A stretch of 64,000 bases of DNA from a virus. The stretch covers positions 1 to 64,000 of the IMG/VR virus record IMGVR_UViG_3300043772_001004; one strand, 5' to 3'. Positions within the stretch are counted from its first letter, which is position 1. Each line of letters begins with the position of its first letter. Below the pieces are notes generated by a model, which had not been told where the DNA came from, did no database searches, and worked only from the letters and a program-made list of their open reading frames with translations. A program made the position numbers and the translations under genes. Positions 46,801-55,618 of this stretch are shown piece by piece.

Positions 46801-49086
46801 CCAAGCCATTTCATCTTTACCATATTGACTATTTTTCCAATTTAATGGAACTCTATATTGCATTGCTAATTGATCATTATATGGAATAAGTCTATCTAAT
46901 TCACCAGCTGGTCTATCAGAAGAATGACTAATCTCATGAACTAACATTTGTTTATTTCCAGGAAAAGATTGATGTATTGAAACATTACCTGTATTACTAT
47001 CAGATATTCCCCATGGGGAAAAGCCATATAAATCCTCAATCAATTTTACATTAGGATTTGTTTTATCAAAATCAATATCTAGTGCTGGGATAGTTTGTAT
47101 ATTTTTTTTTCTTAAATCTTTTATTTCTTTAAAAAGTTTTTGAGCATCTGAATCTGTTCTAGTTGATAATTTTGATGATTTCATAAGCATTTTATCATGC
47201 ATTGGAGAATCATGCCATTTATTTATCCAGGATAATGCTTTAGAAAAATCTGAACCTAATGGACTAACACTTACTTCTGGTTCAATTTGCATGTTTGTTG
47301 CAACATCTGGATTTTCTAATAAGTATTGTGGATCAAGAGGTGCAAGTTTTCTATCAACTGGAACACAAGTTTCTCCATTCCAATAGTGATATGGTGGACA
47401 TTCCTCTTGTAAATTTTCTCCACCATCAAAAAATTTAGATAATCCTCCATACTTAAATGCTCTACCTTCTGCTTGTTTTTTCTTTGATTGCTCATACTGT
47501 TCAAGCCAAGTATCTAAATTTTTATCATACTCCTCATATTCTTTTTTATACTTCTGTTGATTCATTAAATCTCTTAAAGAAGCTGCTCCTCTAAATTCCA
47601 TTTCAGAGCCAGTTGCATTGCCATAGTCTAATTCTCCAGGAACAAAGTTACCTTCTTCATCTTCATAACCTTCAAAATAATTTTTATCATAGCCTGTAGC
47701 TTTCTGTACTATTCTAGGAATTAACCTTGTTTTGTTTCTTTTACCTAGAGCAACATGTCCTTTACTATCTAATACACCTTTATCAAATAAAGCAGCAATT
47801 TTATTTTGTGGCAACTTAACATCTAGACTTAATCTATCAGCTGTGTATGGATCTAATGTATATTGTGGAGCTTCAATAGAATCTGGAAGAGAATAGTCAT
47901 GTACCTGTAATTCTCCTAGATCTTTATTTTCTAATAAAGGAGGATCAATGATTGGTAATTCTATTGGTTCTACTTTTATATCCTCATAGATTGGATTTAT
48001 AGTTTTAACATACTCACATTTTTTTCCAGTAACAGGAACTGTTTCTTCATCTGTCCCAACTAATTTTTTTCCAGAAGGTGCTTTCTTCGGTACATTATTT
48101 ATAATAGTTGTTTTTGGTACACAAGGTTTAGGAGGGTTTTGAGATATTACAGGTTTTATAGGCTTTTTGTATTTAAATACTCTCCATGGTTGATTTCCTT
48201 GATAATGTGTAAATACTTTAACAGGACTAATATTTTGATAAGGATTTCCTGGCAATGCCCATGATCCAAATCCCTGATTCCTACCTTGAAATTTACTTAT
48301 TGCTGCAGATGGTATTTTATATTGTGGATTTTTTAAAACATTCATGAATTGATTATATGAATTATATAATGCTAAACTATCATTATATGCTTGCATACGT
48401 TCTTTATGAGAAAGACCATTTTGTGCTTTGATCAACTCTCCACCATCTGCATAATACTTTGCATTAGGATCAAAGATTTTATTTTTTCTTGATTTAGGTT
48501 TAGAGAATAATGGATTTTGTGCAAAGAACTTATTGGTAGCTTCAAGGCTTCTAGAGTATGCTTTTGAGTTTTTCTTATTAGGAATTTTAGGTCTCTTAGC
48601 AGAACCTCCCTTTTTAAAATTATCTGGACTTTCTAAGTCTTTAATATTATGATTATAATAGTTAGATGTTAGTTCTTCTCCAGGATTTATATTTCTTTTA
48701 GCTAACATCAATATATGATCTCCATTATCTACTTCATATATATTTGGACTTTCACTATGATTGTAATAACCTCCTAGTTCTACAGATGGAAATGGTGCTT
48801 GATATTGCTCCCCATTTTTTGTAAAACTTTTTCTAATATGAGAAACACCTATGACATCATCTTTAGCAATTGGCTCTTGACTAAATATACCTTTACCTTG
48901 TATTTTAGATGGGCCAACACTTAATGATTTAAATACAGGAGCATTGACACCATTCTCAGCACTTATTACATTATCACTTTTTTTACTACCAGTTGTGTTG
49001 TTTGTATAAGCTTTGTTATACTTAGTAGCTGGTTTAGATTTATTTAAATTTCTAATTGCGTCTATTATTACTTTCTTATTGTACAT
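43861..49086 (-). CDS. Putative cargo polyprotein (1741 aa) with an N-terminal SET domain, a zincin-like domain and further unknown domains
   Basis: SKIQGKGIF...YYNHSESPN...AKRNINPGEELTSNY (SET); LVHEISH; repeated xxGG delimiters; TAATG overlap with the muzzle gene. Confidence 0.75.
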   Translation of the reverse strand: MYNKKVIIDAIRNLNKSKPATKYNKAYTNNTTGSKKSDNVISAENGVNAPVFKSLSVGPSKIQGKGIFSQEPIAKDDVIGVSHIRKSFTKNGEQYQAPFPSVELGGYYNHSESPNIYEVDNGDHILMLAKRNINPGEELTSNYYNHNIKDLESPDNFKKGGSAKRPKIPNKKNSKAYSRSLEATNKFFAQNPLFSKPKSRKNKIFDPNAKYYADGGELIKAQNGLSHKERMQAYNDSLALYNSYNQFMNVLKNPQYKIPSAAISKFQGRNQGFGSWALPGNPYQNISPVKVFTHYQGNQPWRVFKYKKPIKPVISQNPPKPCVPKTTIINNVPKKAPSGKKLVGTDEETVPVTGKKCEYVKTINPIYEDIKVEPIELPIIDPPLLENKDLGELQVHDYSLPDSIEAPQYTLDPYTADRLSLDVKLPQNKIAALFDKGVLDSKGHVALGKRNKTRLIPRIVQKATGYDKNYFEGYEDEEGNFVPGELDYGNATGSEMEFRGAASLRDLMNQQKYKKEYEEYDKNLDTWLEQYEQSKKKQAEGRAFKYGGLSKFFDGGENLQEECPPYHYWNGETCVPVDRKLAPLDPQYLLENPDVATNMQIEPEVSVSPLGSDFSKALSWINKWHDSPMHDKMLMKSSKLSTRTDSDAQKLFKEIKDLRKKNIQTIPALDIDFDKTNPNVKLIEDLYGFSPWGISDSNTGNVSIHQSFPGNKQMLVHEISHSSDRPAGELDRLIPYNDQLAMQYRVPLNWKNSQYGKDEMAWYKNSQSKLEDEYMGEEEIPRDIYEQNKFDDWNNYLLSNKGSEVRSRLREIQFGADEQNIYDPFNKKITGRQFKQLDKKLLYSKPLNELRKTYSDKDIKWMLNNISKNDNETDDTIQYSKNGGAKKKDLPKASFGLPGTGKDRSLTFTPFDYRSAYGQASDFNRNPNYSLTYTTPNLFKKADLSANPLSFTLGRPYNTDAQSLTNRTLNFVPQEGLFSSYYDPALGGENNPKYQQYLQDVSNYTGTPVSELNQTIINQYNAAKNLAGAKPLYKKGIPLTANVGWDVFGNAFGDSSSGPFTGYGSLNVGYAPEPGFYGTADLGLMGVFGRRKNNAKISPQRYFDKGLTRQGDMAFIPKLNVLNFALRQRPEYNDIQTQNILNAYANDIEQGTKTAQGVINKTDEPRYDISFLSPEGTVQIKPFKDFPGVASFTGGLRLDYGGKDTMGDNIPITLKPYGNVRYTVPIEGAIDKLKDLNLPAIKRKKTYNDYAYDQDYDEEYTGDTPQEDTPTENNFEVNPPELQVNPNGTILGRGDCPEGYERPCPKCRCQKLKQPAVYTDKRGKHLFDNMSFKDGGSIELTLSKKDIDKYVKGGYIVEDISVPTLTRKEGGWPPKSGSGLIKIAEKVPGLIDKLPTGWEKNIKKFTRSNYNPFSLLAKEIGYDIASQSHRAGRYDTDIINAIKGSEKYPASYFGTGVMHGQTVPEHIRQLYGEGKRDLNRNYFFGDETGFEPTFYDFESDAGLQQAIDWYGPLKAYELFSEIKGGEDLSIKSLLANIPDESKTSGPLVDLMQGYKNDNLLTSDEFKTFYDPTTGKLKLVDASPYSPSEFEGLIKDNLNYLFDQYGQETIPFQVNANTTKEGELPFGFHLRRNPINPYDDIQGHMNFLKRLSKDKFSTVARDLWGFNRKAYMDKYSYEKNLSPWMVDAMDAFGKPMVLTQENPIIFKQYGGAFEYEVGDEIELDDLSKEELERLGYKLEEVK

Positions 49087-52000
49087 TACCTAAATGAATT
49101 TAAAGTTTTGTAATTGCTGAATTTCAATATCATGTTTATGTCATTACATTGATTTCTTTTTAAATTTAAGAAATTTAAGTAATGTCTGAATTTTTTTCTT
49201 TGTAATTCAGATTTATTATAATCCATGTTATTTGGATTTAATATTCTAGTGTATCCATCTGCTGCTGTTACCCAAGTATTTTCTGAAGCATAGTTACCTT
49301 GAAGTATAGTAGTTCCTGGAATTAAAGGTCCAGTAGGAGGATAGTTAGAATTAATTGGAAACTCATCTCTATCTCTTGTTATATCCCAAAACTGATTGAA
49401 TCTATATTTCTGTTCTTCTTTAGCAAATAGAATATCATAAGATGATAAGTTAGCACCTAACTTAGGATACTGTAATGATAGTATAACATCATTCTTTGGA
49501 TATAGATTTAGATTTAAATATCCGGAAACTTGTTCTGTATTATAAACAACAGCAGTATCAAAATTATAATCTAACACATGATGCTGGTCTATACAACTTC
49601 CTGAGTTTCTTCTATAACATTCCAATGCATACTCTACTGATCTTGTAGTCATTACTGCCTGACCTGTTACAATTGGGAATTCAATCTCCCAACCAAACTG
49701 TTGACCATAGAAGTTACAGAAGTCATCACAGATATAATTATGTTTCCAGAAACCATTTTCCTTAGTACTTAAAAATATATCTTTTGTTGGTAATAATAAA
49801 TCTGGATGCCAGTCATGGAAACTGATCCAGAATTTAGATTTAGGATCAAAGCTTAATGTCCAAGATGCATTTTCAAATAAGAATGGGTCACCTAATAAAA
49901 ATCTAGAGTTTTGATTATTATCTAAAATAAAAGCATCACCTGTACCATCAGGATTTATTGGAATATATTCTACTCTTCCTTTATATAGATCTTTTAATTT
50001 ATAATCTTTCTTAGCAAAGTATAAAATGTTACTAGAGCTGTCATATGTTGATTGACATCCAATTCCTGCAACAGGATTATCCTGCCAAGGATAGCTAGGG
50101 AAATCTTCTGTTAATTGATATGGCATATATAAAATAAACCACCACTTTAATCCTGCCTGAGATATTTCTTCTAGTCCTTGACCAAATGTAAATACTCGTC
50201 CTTGGTTTTGAGACATATAGTATATACCCAATGGAGTTGATATAACAGATAGTCTGTTTTGTGATGAACCATATTCATATGCCTTATCTGCATTAGATAC
50301 AGATTGTTGTGGCTGAGAAAATAATCCACCATCCCCAATAGTAATCTTAGTATTTAAATCTGTCTCAAGTGTATCTACACCTTGATACATTAAAGGACTT
50401 TCATTTTTAAATGTAATGAATATACCTGATTTGTTAATTGACTTAACTCCAGAGATTTGCCCTTTAAATTCTTTATAGTTATTTATAAGGTATATTGACC
50501 AGCTATCTTTTATTGCTTCATCTTGCTGAGGCAATGAATAAATAATCCTATCCGGTAAGTATGTATAACATAACTTAGATACTGCAGGATTATAGTATCT
50601 TGATTGTATGCTACCTGCTGAAAAATACTGGTTGTAAAGTTTTGACACACTCAATGAGTAATCATATATGTACTCACTAAGTTTACCCATTATTGCTGGG
50701 TTCATGTCAAACATAGCAATATAATCTGTGTATCTATATGGATCATAATGCTTACCACCTTCTGCTATACTTTGTTTTCTAAAATCTACAAGTACATCTG
50801 ATTCTACAAAGAAATCTCTGATGCCAGAATTTGCTAAATAGAAGTATGCATTTCTTACAGAAAATAAACCTTCATACTTACCCACACCTTGTGTAGTGTC
50901 TGTTGCATAATCATAATATCTATTTGAATTAACATAATAATCCATATTATAAAATGCAGTTGGCACAGGTCCTGTACCAGGAACAGAAGGTCCACTGATG
51001 TTTATTAATTCTGATAGATATCCAACATCATAATTTATACTGTTTACTTTAAATCTTGCATTTGGAATCATAGAATATAAATAGTAGTTATATTCAAAAC
51101 CATCTGGCTGATCATATAACCAATTGTAAAAGAACATCATGTTGTTCTTCTCAGTGTATCTATTTATATATGTATCTCCCCCAAATACAATTGGTGTTCT
51201 TTGTATAGTTTTAAACTGATATGTTATTTGGTCTATTGGACATGTCCATGGAATAGGTTGTAAGTTATAATCAGATAATTTTTGTTCACAAGAAGTTACA
51301 GCAATTTGATATTCACTACCTAGTTGACCATATTGATTTCTAACTCTGTATTTTAATGCTCCATAATGACTTGCAATAGGTAAACTAAAAGATGTATCAA
51401 AGTTTTCAAAAGTTGGTAGGGTAGAGTTAATAAATGCTGAATCAGAAGAATTTTGTACAACAGTTCCTAATGTAACTAATGATTTATCTCTTATACCTGT
51501 AGTAATTAAATTAGGGCCAATGCTTACTCCATCAGGATATGCTAAATTGTAATAAGGTCCAGATTTAGTACGAACAGTTATTATATCTGATCTTTTTAAA
51601 TTATTAATTACATAACTAAAATACTGACCAAACTGATTTTGATACTTAGGAACATTTTGCAAATTATCTCTAACGTAAAAATTATCTTCAATTGAAAATC
51701 TTTTTAACTCAGACTGACCAATTTTTATCATGTTACCATAATACCCATGTGCAACAGACTGAAGTGCATATTGTCTATATGGTGTTATAGCATAAAATAT
51801 TCTTAGTGTTGCTTCCGCACCTTCTGAAAAATAATATGAAATTTGATTTAATCCTCCAATTGCTCTAGTAATTGGATCAAGATAAGCATAGCTTGGCATT
51901 TCTACTAAACCTTGTTGAACAATTGGTGTTAATCCTGTAGCTCCACTTGTAGCATTTAGTGTGTTTATAAATAAATTTTGAGCTTGAGCATAAGATGTAT

Positions 52001-54569
52001 CAGGGTAACCATTTGGACCAATAGGACCTGGATTAATCATAATTAATGCATCAAGAAAAGCATTACCACTTGAATAATAGTTGTCTAAAAAGTTTTGATA
52101 GATACTTACAGGAGAAGTTGCTGGTGTTGGTAGTGTAGTTAGTGCTGTAAGTGCTGCAATTTGAGATGCATCGGTATTTCCAGAAATTAATCTTTGTAAG
52201 GTAGCATTTAAATCTGGTTGATTAATTGTTCTCTTACCTAATAAAGATACTAAAGCTTCAGCTACTCCAACTACTATCATAGCAGCAACTACAGCATCAC
52301 TTAACAATTTAAATTGTGGATGGTCACTAGGATTTTGAAAATTTAAATCTGCATAACCATTTAATGTTCCATATAACTTAAACTCAGATGTTGATAGATA
52401 TGGTGATCTAAACATTGTATCTGGTGAATGAAATGTAAAAATATCTGTAGGTATAGTTTGATTGTAAAGTACAGTTACCGGAGGAATAATTTCTTCATTT
52501 TTAATATATGGATCATTATATAAAAAATTATGATCTGATGGGTTTAAAGAAGCTCCTATTGGAACAATTGTATTAAATGGGTAATTTGCATAGAGCCCGG
52601 TTTTATTTTGTGCAAGTGCACTTTTATTTTCATAGCTTCTAAAATTATTAACCATCCCTTTGGCAATAATTGTTTTATTACCTTCTCTAGATCCTCTTAA
52701 AATTTCATAACCAACAATACCTGGAATATCATTACCATCTTGATCCTTTGGCAATATAATATTTTCAAATACTACTCCCATAATTCTTATGTAGAATTCA
52801 TCCCCTGAAGTAGTACTGTTTGGATTTGGTCTAAAGTGCACAGCATCTGTAGATGCATTGTTATTAATAAAATTTTCTGGGAATCTATGATGCCTAATAT
52901 TTTTACCACATAGATCAAAAGCACCTTCAGTTTGTCCAACTTGCACTTGTGCTGCAGGACCAGTCCAACAATAATAACTAGAATTCCATATGTCAGGTCT
53001 TTTTTCTGGATATGTTTCATCTGATTGCCAATATCCCATTTCTCCAATAGCAAGTAAAGTACCTCCATCTGGTAATACCCATTGACCATTTACAAGTGTT
53101 GCTCCCGGAAGAGTTGCTGGGTATAACAATTGTGTTGCTGTATTATATACTTCAAATACACTGTCATCTGTTGCTAATGCATTTTGATCATGAGTTACTA
53201 AAAAATTATCTGCCTCATTCATTACTATTCCACCAGGTATTTGAAAGTTCCTAGGAGCTCTTCCTGGAATATGATAAGAAGCAGATTTATCTCCAGTGTC
53301 ATATACCCATCTTATGTAAAAGGTATATACTTCATCTCTAAGATAATTTGTTTTATTGCCACCCTTTATATAATAATCAGCTGGATATTCAACACTAGCC
53401 CATCTTGCTTGAATCATATTTGCAAGTGGTTGATAATTAAAATCAAATCTAGATCTTGGACCAACTCTTAAAAGATAATTATTTACATCTGTCATTTGAT
53501 CAGATGTTTCATATACTGGAGTTGTAATAGGTAATTGCTCTAATGGAATTTTTACAAGACTAGGGTTAATTAAATCTAATTCTATTCTAGAAGTTTTAGT
53601 TGAGTAAAATCCAATTTGATAACCTACTGTTTGTTGATTTACAGTAGCAACAAGAACTAAAACAAACTCATCAAAGTTTTCAGAATCTGCATCTACAGTT
53701 AATGTTAATGAACCTTCTATATCTCTAACATTATAAATAAATTGATTATTACTTTGTGAAAAGAAATCTGTAACTCTTTGACCTTTTATTGTATATGCTA
53801 TTAGTGCAAAGTAAGTTCCATTAGATAATGTTCCACCAGATTGTCCCAATGTTAAGTTAAGACATGGTGTTTCCATCAATCTAGCTAATCTTGTTTTTGG
53901 ACAATCTAATCTATTAATATTATTACAAAATTCACATGGTGTTGCTGGTGTACATTTTTCTTCCCAATGAACTCCTGGCCATAAGAAAGTTGTATCAACT
54001 CCATTAGAATAATAATTCATTGTTGCTGATGTGCCACCTAGCCATGAGTAATCTGGAGTTGGCCAAGTTCTAGGGTCACCAATATTTAAAAATCTATCAG
54101 GATTAAATCCATCAGCCCAGTATACTTGCCAAGAACAATCTTCTTTTTCTCTTGATGATCCAGATATAAGATATCTTTTGTCAAAGTTTAAACAAGGGTC
54201 CTGAACTATCTCTCTATATTTACATACATCTTCTTCTAATAATCCTATTTCTGATGTAATTCTTTTACCTGTATTATCATGTCCTGCAGTAAAAACAACC
54301 CACTTGTCAGAATATAAATAAATAGCACCGATGATATATTTTTTAGTTACAGTAAGAGGCATTGATGTTCCTGTTGCTGAGCACAAGAAATTTGATGTCT
54401 CATTTGATAATGTTCCTATGTCACCTTCAATTGTATTGTTTACAGCATTTACTGCATGCGTCCACATACCCTCTGACACAAATGAAGGGTCAGAGTCTTT
54501 ATTTAAACCTTTAATAAAAGAGCTTGTGGTGACCTTACCAGTTTCTTGTAAACCTTGTTTCTTTGCCAT
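49086..54569 (-). CDS. Tail stabilisation / muzzle protein (1827 aa)
   Basis: N-terminal FIKGLNKD...AVNAVN, VYWADGFNPDR, YLRDEVY, GGDTYI and C-terminal WTLSFD...WISFHDWHP; beta-rich; follows the ring genes as in crAss-like phages. Confidence 0.8.
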   Translation of the reverse strand: MAKKQGLQETGKVTTSSFIKGLNKDSDPSFVSEGMWTHAVNAVNNTIEGDIGTLSNETSNFLCSATGTSMPLTVTKKYIIGAIYLYSDKWVVFTAGHDNTGKRITSEIGLLEEDVCKYREIVQDPCLNFDKRYLISGSSREKEDCSWQVYWADGFNPDRFLNIGDPRTWPTPDYSWLGGTSATMNYYSNGVDTTFLWPGVHWEEKCTPATPCEFCNNINRLDCPKTRLARLMETPCLNLTLGQSGGTLSNGTYFALIAYTIKGQRVTDFFSQSNNQFIYNVRDIEGSLTLTVDADSENFDEFVLVLVATVNQQTVGYQIGFYSTKTSRIELDLINPSLVKIPLEQLPITTPVYETSDQMTDVNNYLLRVGPRSRFDFNYQPLANMIQARWASVEYPADYYIKGGNKTNYLRDEVYTFYIRWVYDTGDKSASYHIPGRAPRNFQIPGGIVMNEADNFLVTHDQNALATDDSVFEVYNTATQLLYPATLPGATLVNGQWVLPDGGTLLAIGEMGYWQSDETYPEKRPDIWNSSYYCWTGPAAQVQVGQTEGAFDLCGKNIRHHRFPENFINNNASTDAVHFRPNPNSTTSGDEFYIRIMGVVFENIILPKDQDGNDIPGIVGYEILRGSREGNKTIIAKGMVNNFRSYENKSALAQNKTGLYANYPFNTIVPIGASLNPSDHNFLYNDPYIKNEEIIPPVTVLYNQTIPTDIFTFHSPDTMFRSPYLSTSEFKLYGTLNGYADLNFQNPSDHPQFKLLSDAVVAAMIVVGVAEALVSLLGKRTINQPDLNATLQRLISGNTDASQIAALTALTTLPTPATSPVSIYQNFLDNYYSSGNAFLDALIMINPGPIGPNGYPDTSYAQAQNLFINTLNATSGATGLTPIVQQGLVEMPSYAYLDPITRAIGGLNQISYYFSEGAEATLRIFYAITPYRQYALQSVAHGYYGNMIKIGQSELKRFSIEDNFYVRDNLQNVPKYQNQFGQYFSYVINNLKRSDIITVRTKSGPYYNLAYPDGVSIGPNLITTGIRDKSLVTLGTVVQNSSDSAFINSTLPTFENFDTSFSLPIASHYGALKYRVRNQYGQLGSEYQIAVTSCEQKLSDYNLQPIPWTCPIDQITYQFKTIQRTPIVFGGDTYINRYTEKNNMMFFYNWLYDQPDGFEYNYYLYSMIPNARFKVNSINYDVGYLSELINISGPSVPGTGPVPTAFYNMDYYVNSNRYYDYATDTTQGVGKYEGLFSVRNAYFYLANSGIRDFFVESDVLVDFRKQSIAEGGKHYDPYRYTDYIAMFDMNPAIMGKLSEYIYDYSLSVSKLYNQYFSAGSIQSRYYNPAVSKLCYTYLPDRIIYSLPQQDEAIKDSWSIYLINNYKEFKGQISGVKSINKSGIFITFKNESPLMYQGVDTLETDLNTKITIGDGGLFSQPQQSVSNADKAYEYGSSQNRLSVISTPLGIYYMSQNQGRVFTFGQGLEEISQAGLKWWFILYMPYQLTEDFPSYPWQDNPVAGIGCQSTYDSSSNILYFAKKDYKLKDLYKGRVEYIPINPDGTGDAFILDNNQNSRFLLGDPFLFENASWTLSFDPKSKFWISFHDWHPDLLLPTKDIFLSTKENGFWKHNYICDDFCNFYGQQFGWEIEFPIVTGQAVMTTRSVEYALECYRRNSGSCIDQHHVLDYNFDTAVVYNTEQVSGYLNLNLYPKNDVILSLQYPKLGANLSSYDILFAKEEQKYRFNQFWDITRDRDEFPINSNYPPTGPLIPGTTILQGNYASENTWVTAADGYTRILNPNNMDYNKSELQRKKFRHYLNFLNLKRNQCNDINMILKFSNYKTLNSFR

Positions 54570-54571
54570 AA

Positions 54572-55618
54572 TTATACAACTTGAATGCTTCTTGCGTTTC
54601 TATAATAAGGATTGTTAGGTGAATAACTTTGGAACATTGTATAATACTTACCATACATAGCTTTTCTGTTTGTCCACCACATTTTTTCCATCTCTTTAAA
54701 GTTTGGTGTGTTAACTAAACTGAGTGCTTGATTTCTTGCAGTCTTAAGTCTTTGTTCTATCAATTGCATTCTTTGTGCAACATCTTCACCATTTAAATAT
54801 AAGTTTTCAAAGATCCTTGACTTTAGTGCATACTCATAATATTCATTTAAAAGATCATGATCTGGAACCATTAAATTCCCTTGGTCATCTTCCATTTGAC
54901 CTTGATAGTTTAAATAAACTTTTCCTGTTTCAAATGTTGTAAATAAAAATCCTCCTTTAATCCAACCTTGATTGTTTGTGTTGTAATAAAGATTTGGGCA
55001 GTCACATTCTATTTCTTGACTTGCCTTCATTCTTAATGGAATTAAATCAGTATACACTCTTGTTGTTCCTGTATTGTTCATTACTTGAACTAGTTCCCAT
55101 TTCTCCCCTTTACAGTTCATAAATACTCTTGGAGCAATACAAGTATTACCATAAGGATTTAATGGATCATAAGCTGTAGGTATTGGGTCTACTATAGGAT
55201 GATTAAGGTCACATGCTGCAGTTTGATTACATGGATGAGAGTTACATGTTCTACAGTTCACTGTTGGTGGAGCACATACATCTATAGTAGATGGTACTTC
55301 TTGATAAGGTACTTCTACTATTGTTGTTCCACCTGAAGCTGCATCATACCCTAGACGCTCTACATAGTTACCACAAATAAATGCAAAATTAAATGTGTAA
55401 AAATCATCAGGCAGTTTAACTTTATTGTGACATACATCTAGTATGATTTCTTTTTGCTGATTGATTCTTAAACCTAAATCATAGTTTATTTTTTTGGTAA
55501 GTTTAATAAGCTGTTGTGGCTCTATTAAATTTTCTAAAGCAAAAGTATTTAAGTCAACTGTTACATCTTCTAACAATTGGTCAAATGTTCTGTATCTAAG
55601 AGTATAATTAAAATCCAT
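54572..55618 (-). CDS. Tail tubular/ring protein (348 aa) with a Cys-rich insertion
   Basis: VKLPDDFY and FETGKVYLNY...DDQGNLMVPD patterns; directly upstream of the muzzle gene. Confidence 0.68.
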   Translation of the reverse strand: MDFNYTLRYRTFDQLLEDVTVDLNTFALENLIEPQQLIKLTKKINYDLGLRINQQKEIILDVCHNKVKLPDDFYTFNFAFICGNYVERLGYDAASGGTTIVEVPYQEVPSTIDVCAPPTVNCRTCNSHPCNQTAACDLNHPIVDPIPTAYDPLNPYGNTCIAPRVFMNCKGEKWELVQVMNNTGTTRVYTDLIPLRMKASQEIECDCPNLYYNTNNQGWIKGGFLFTTFETGKVYLNYQGQMEDDQGNLMVPDHDLLNEYYEYALKSRIFENLYLNGEDVAQRMQLIEQRLKTARNQALSLVNTPNFKEMEKMWWTNRKAMYGKYYTMFQSYSPNNPYYRNARSIQVV

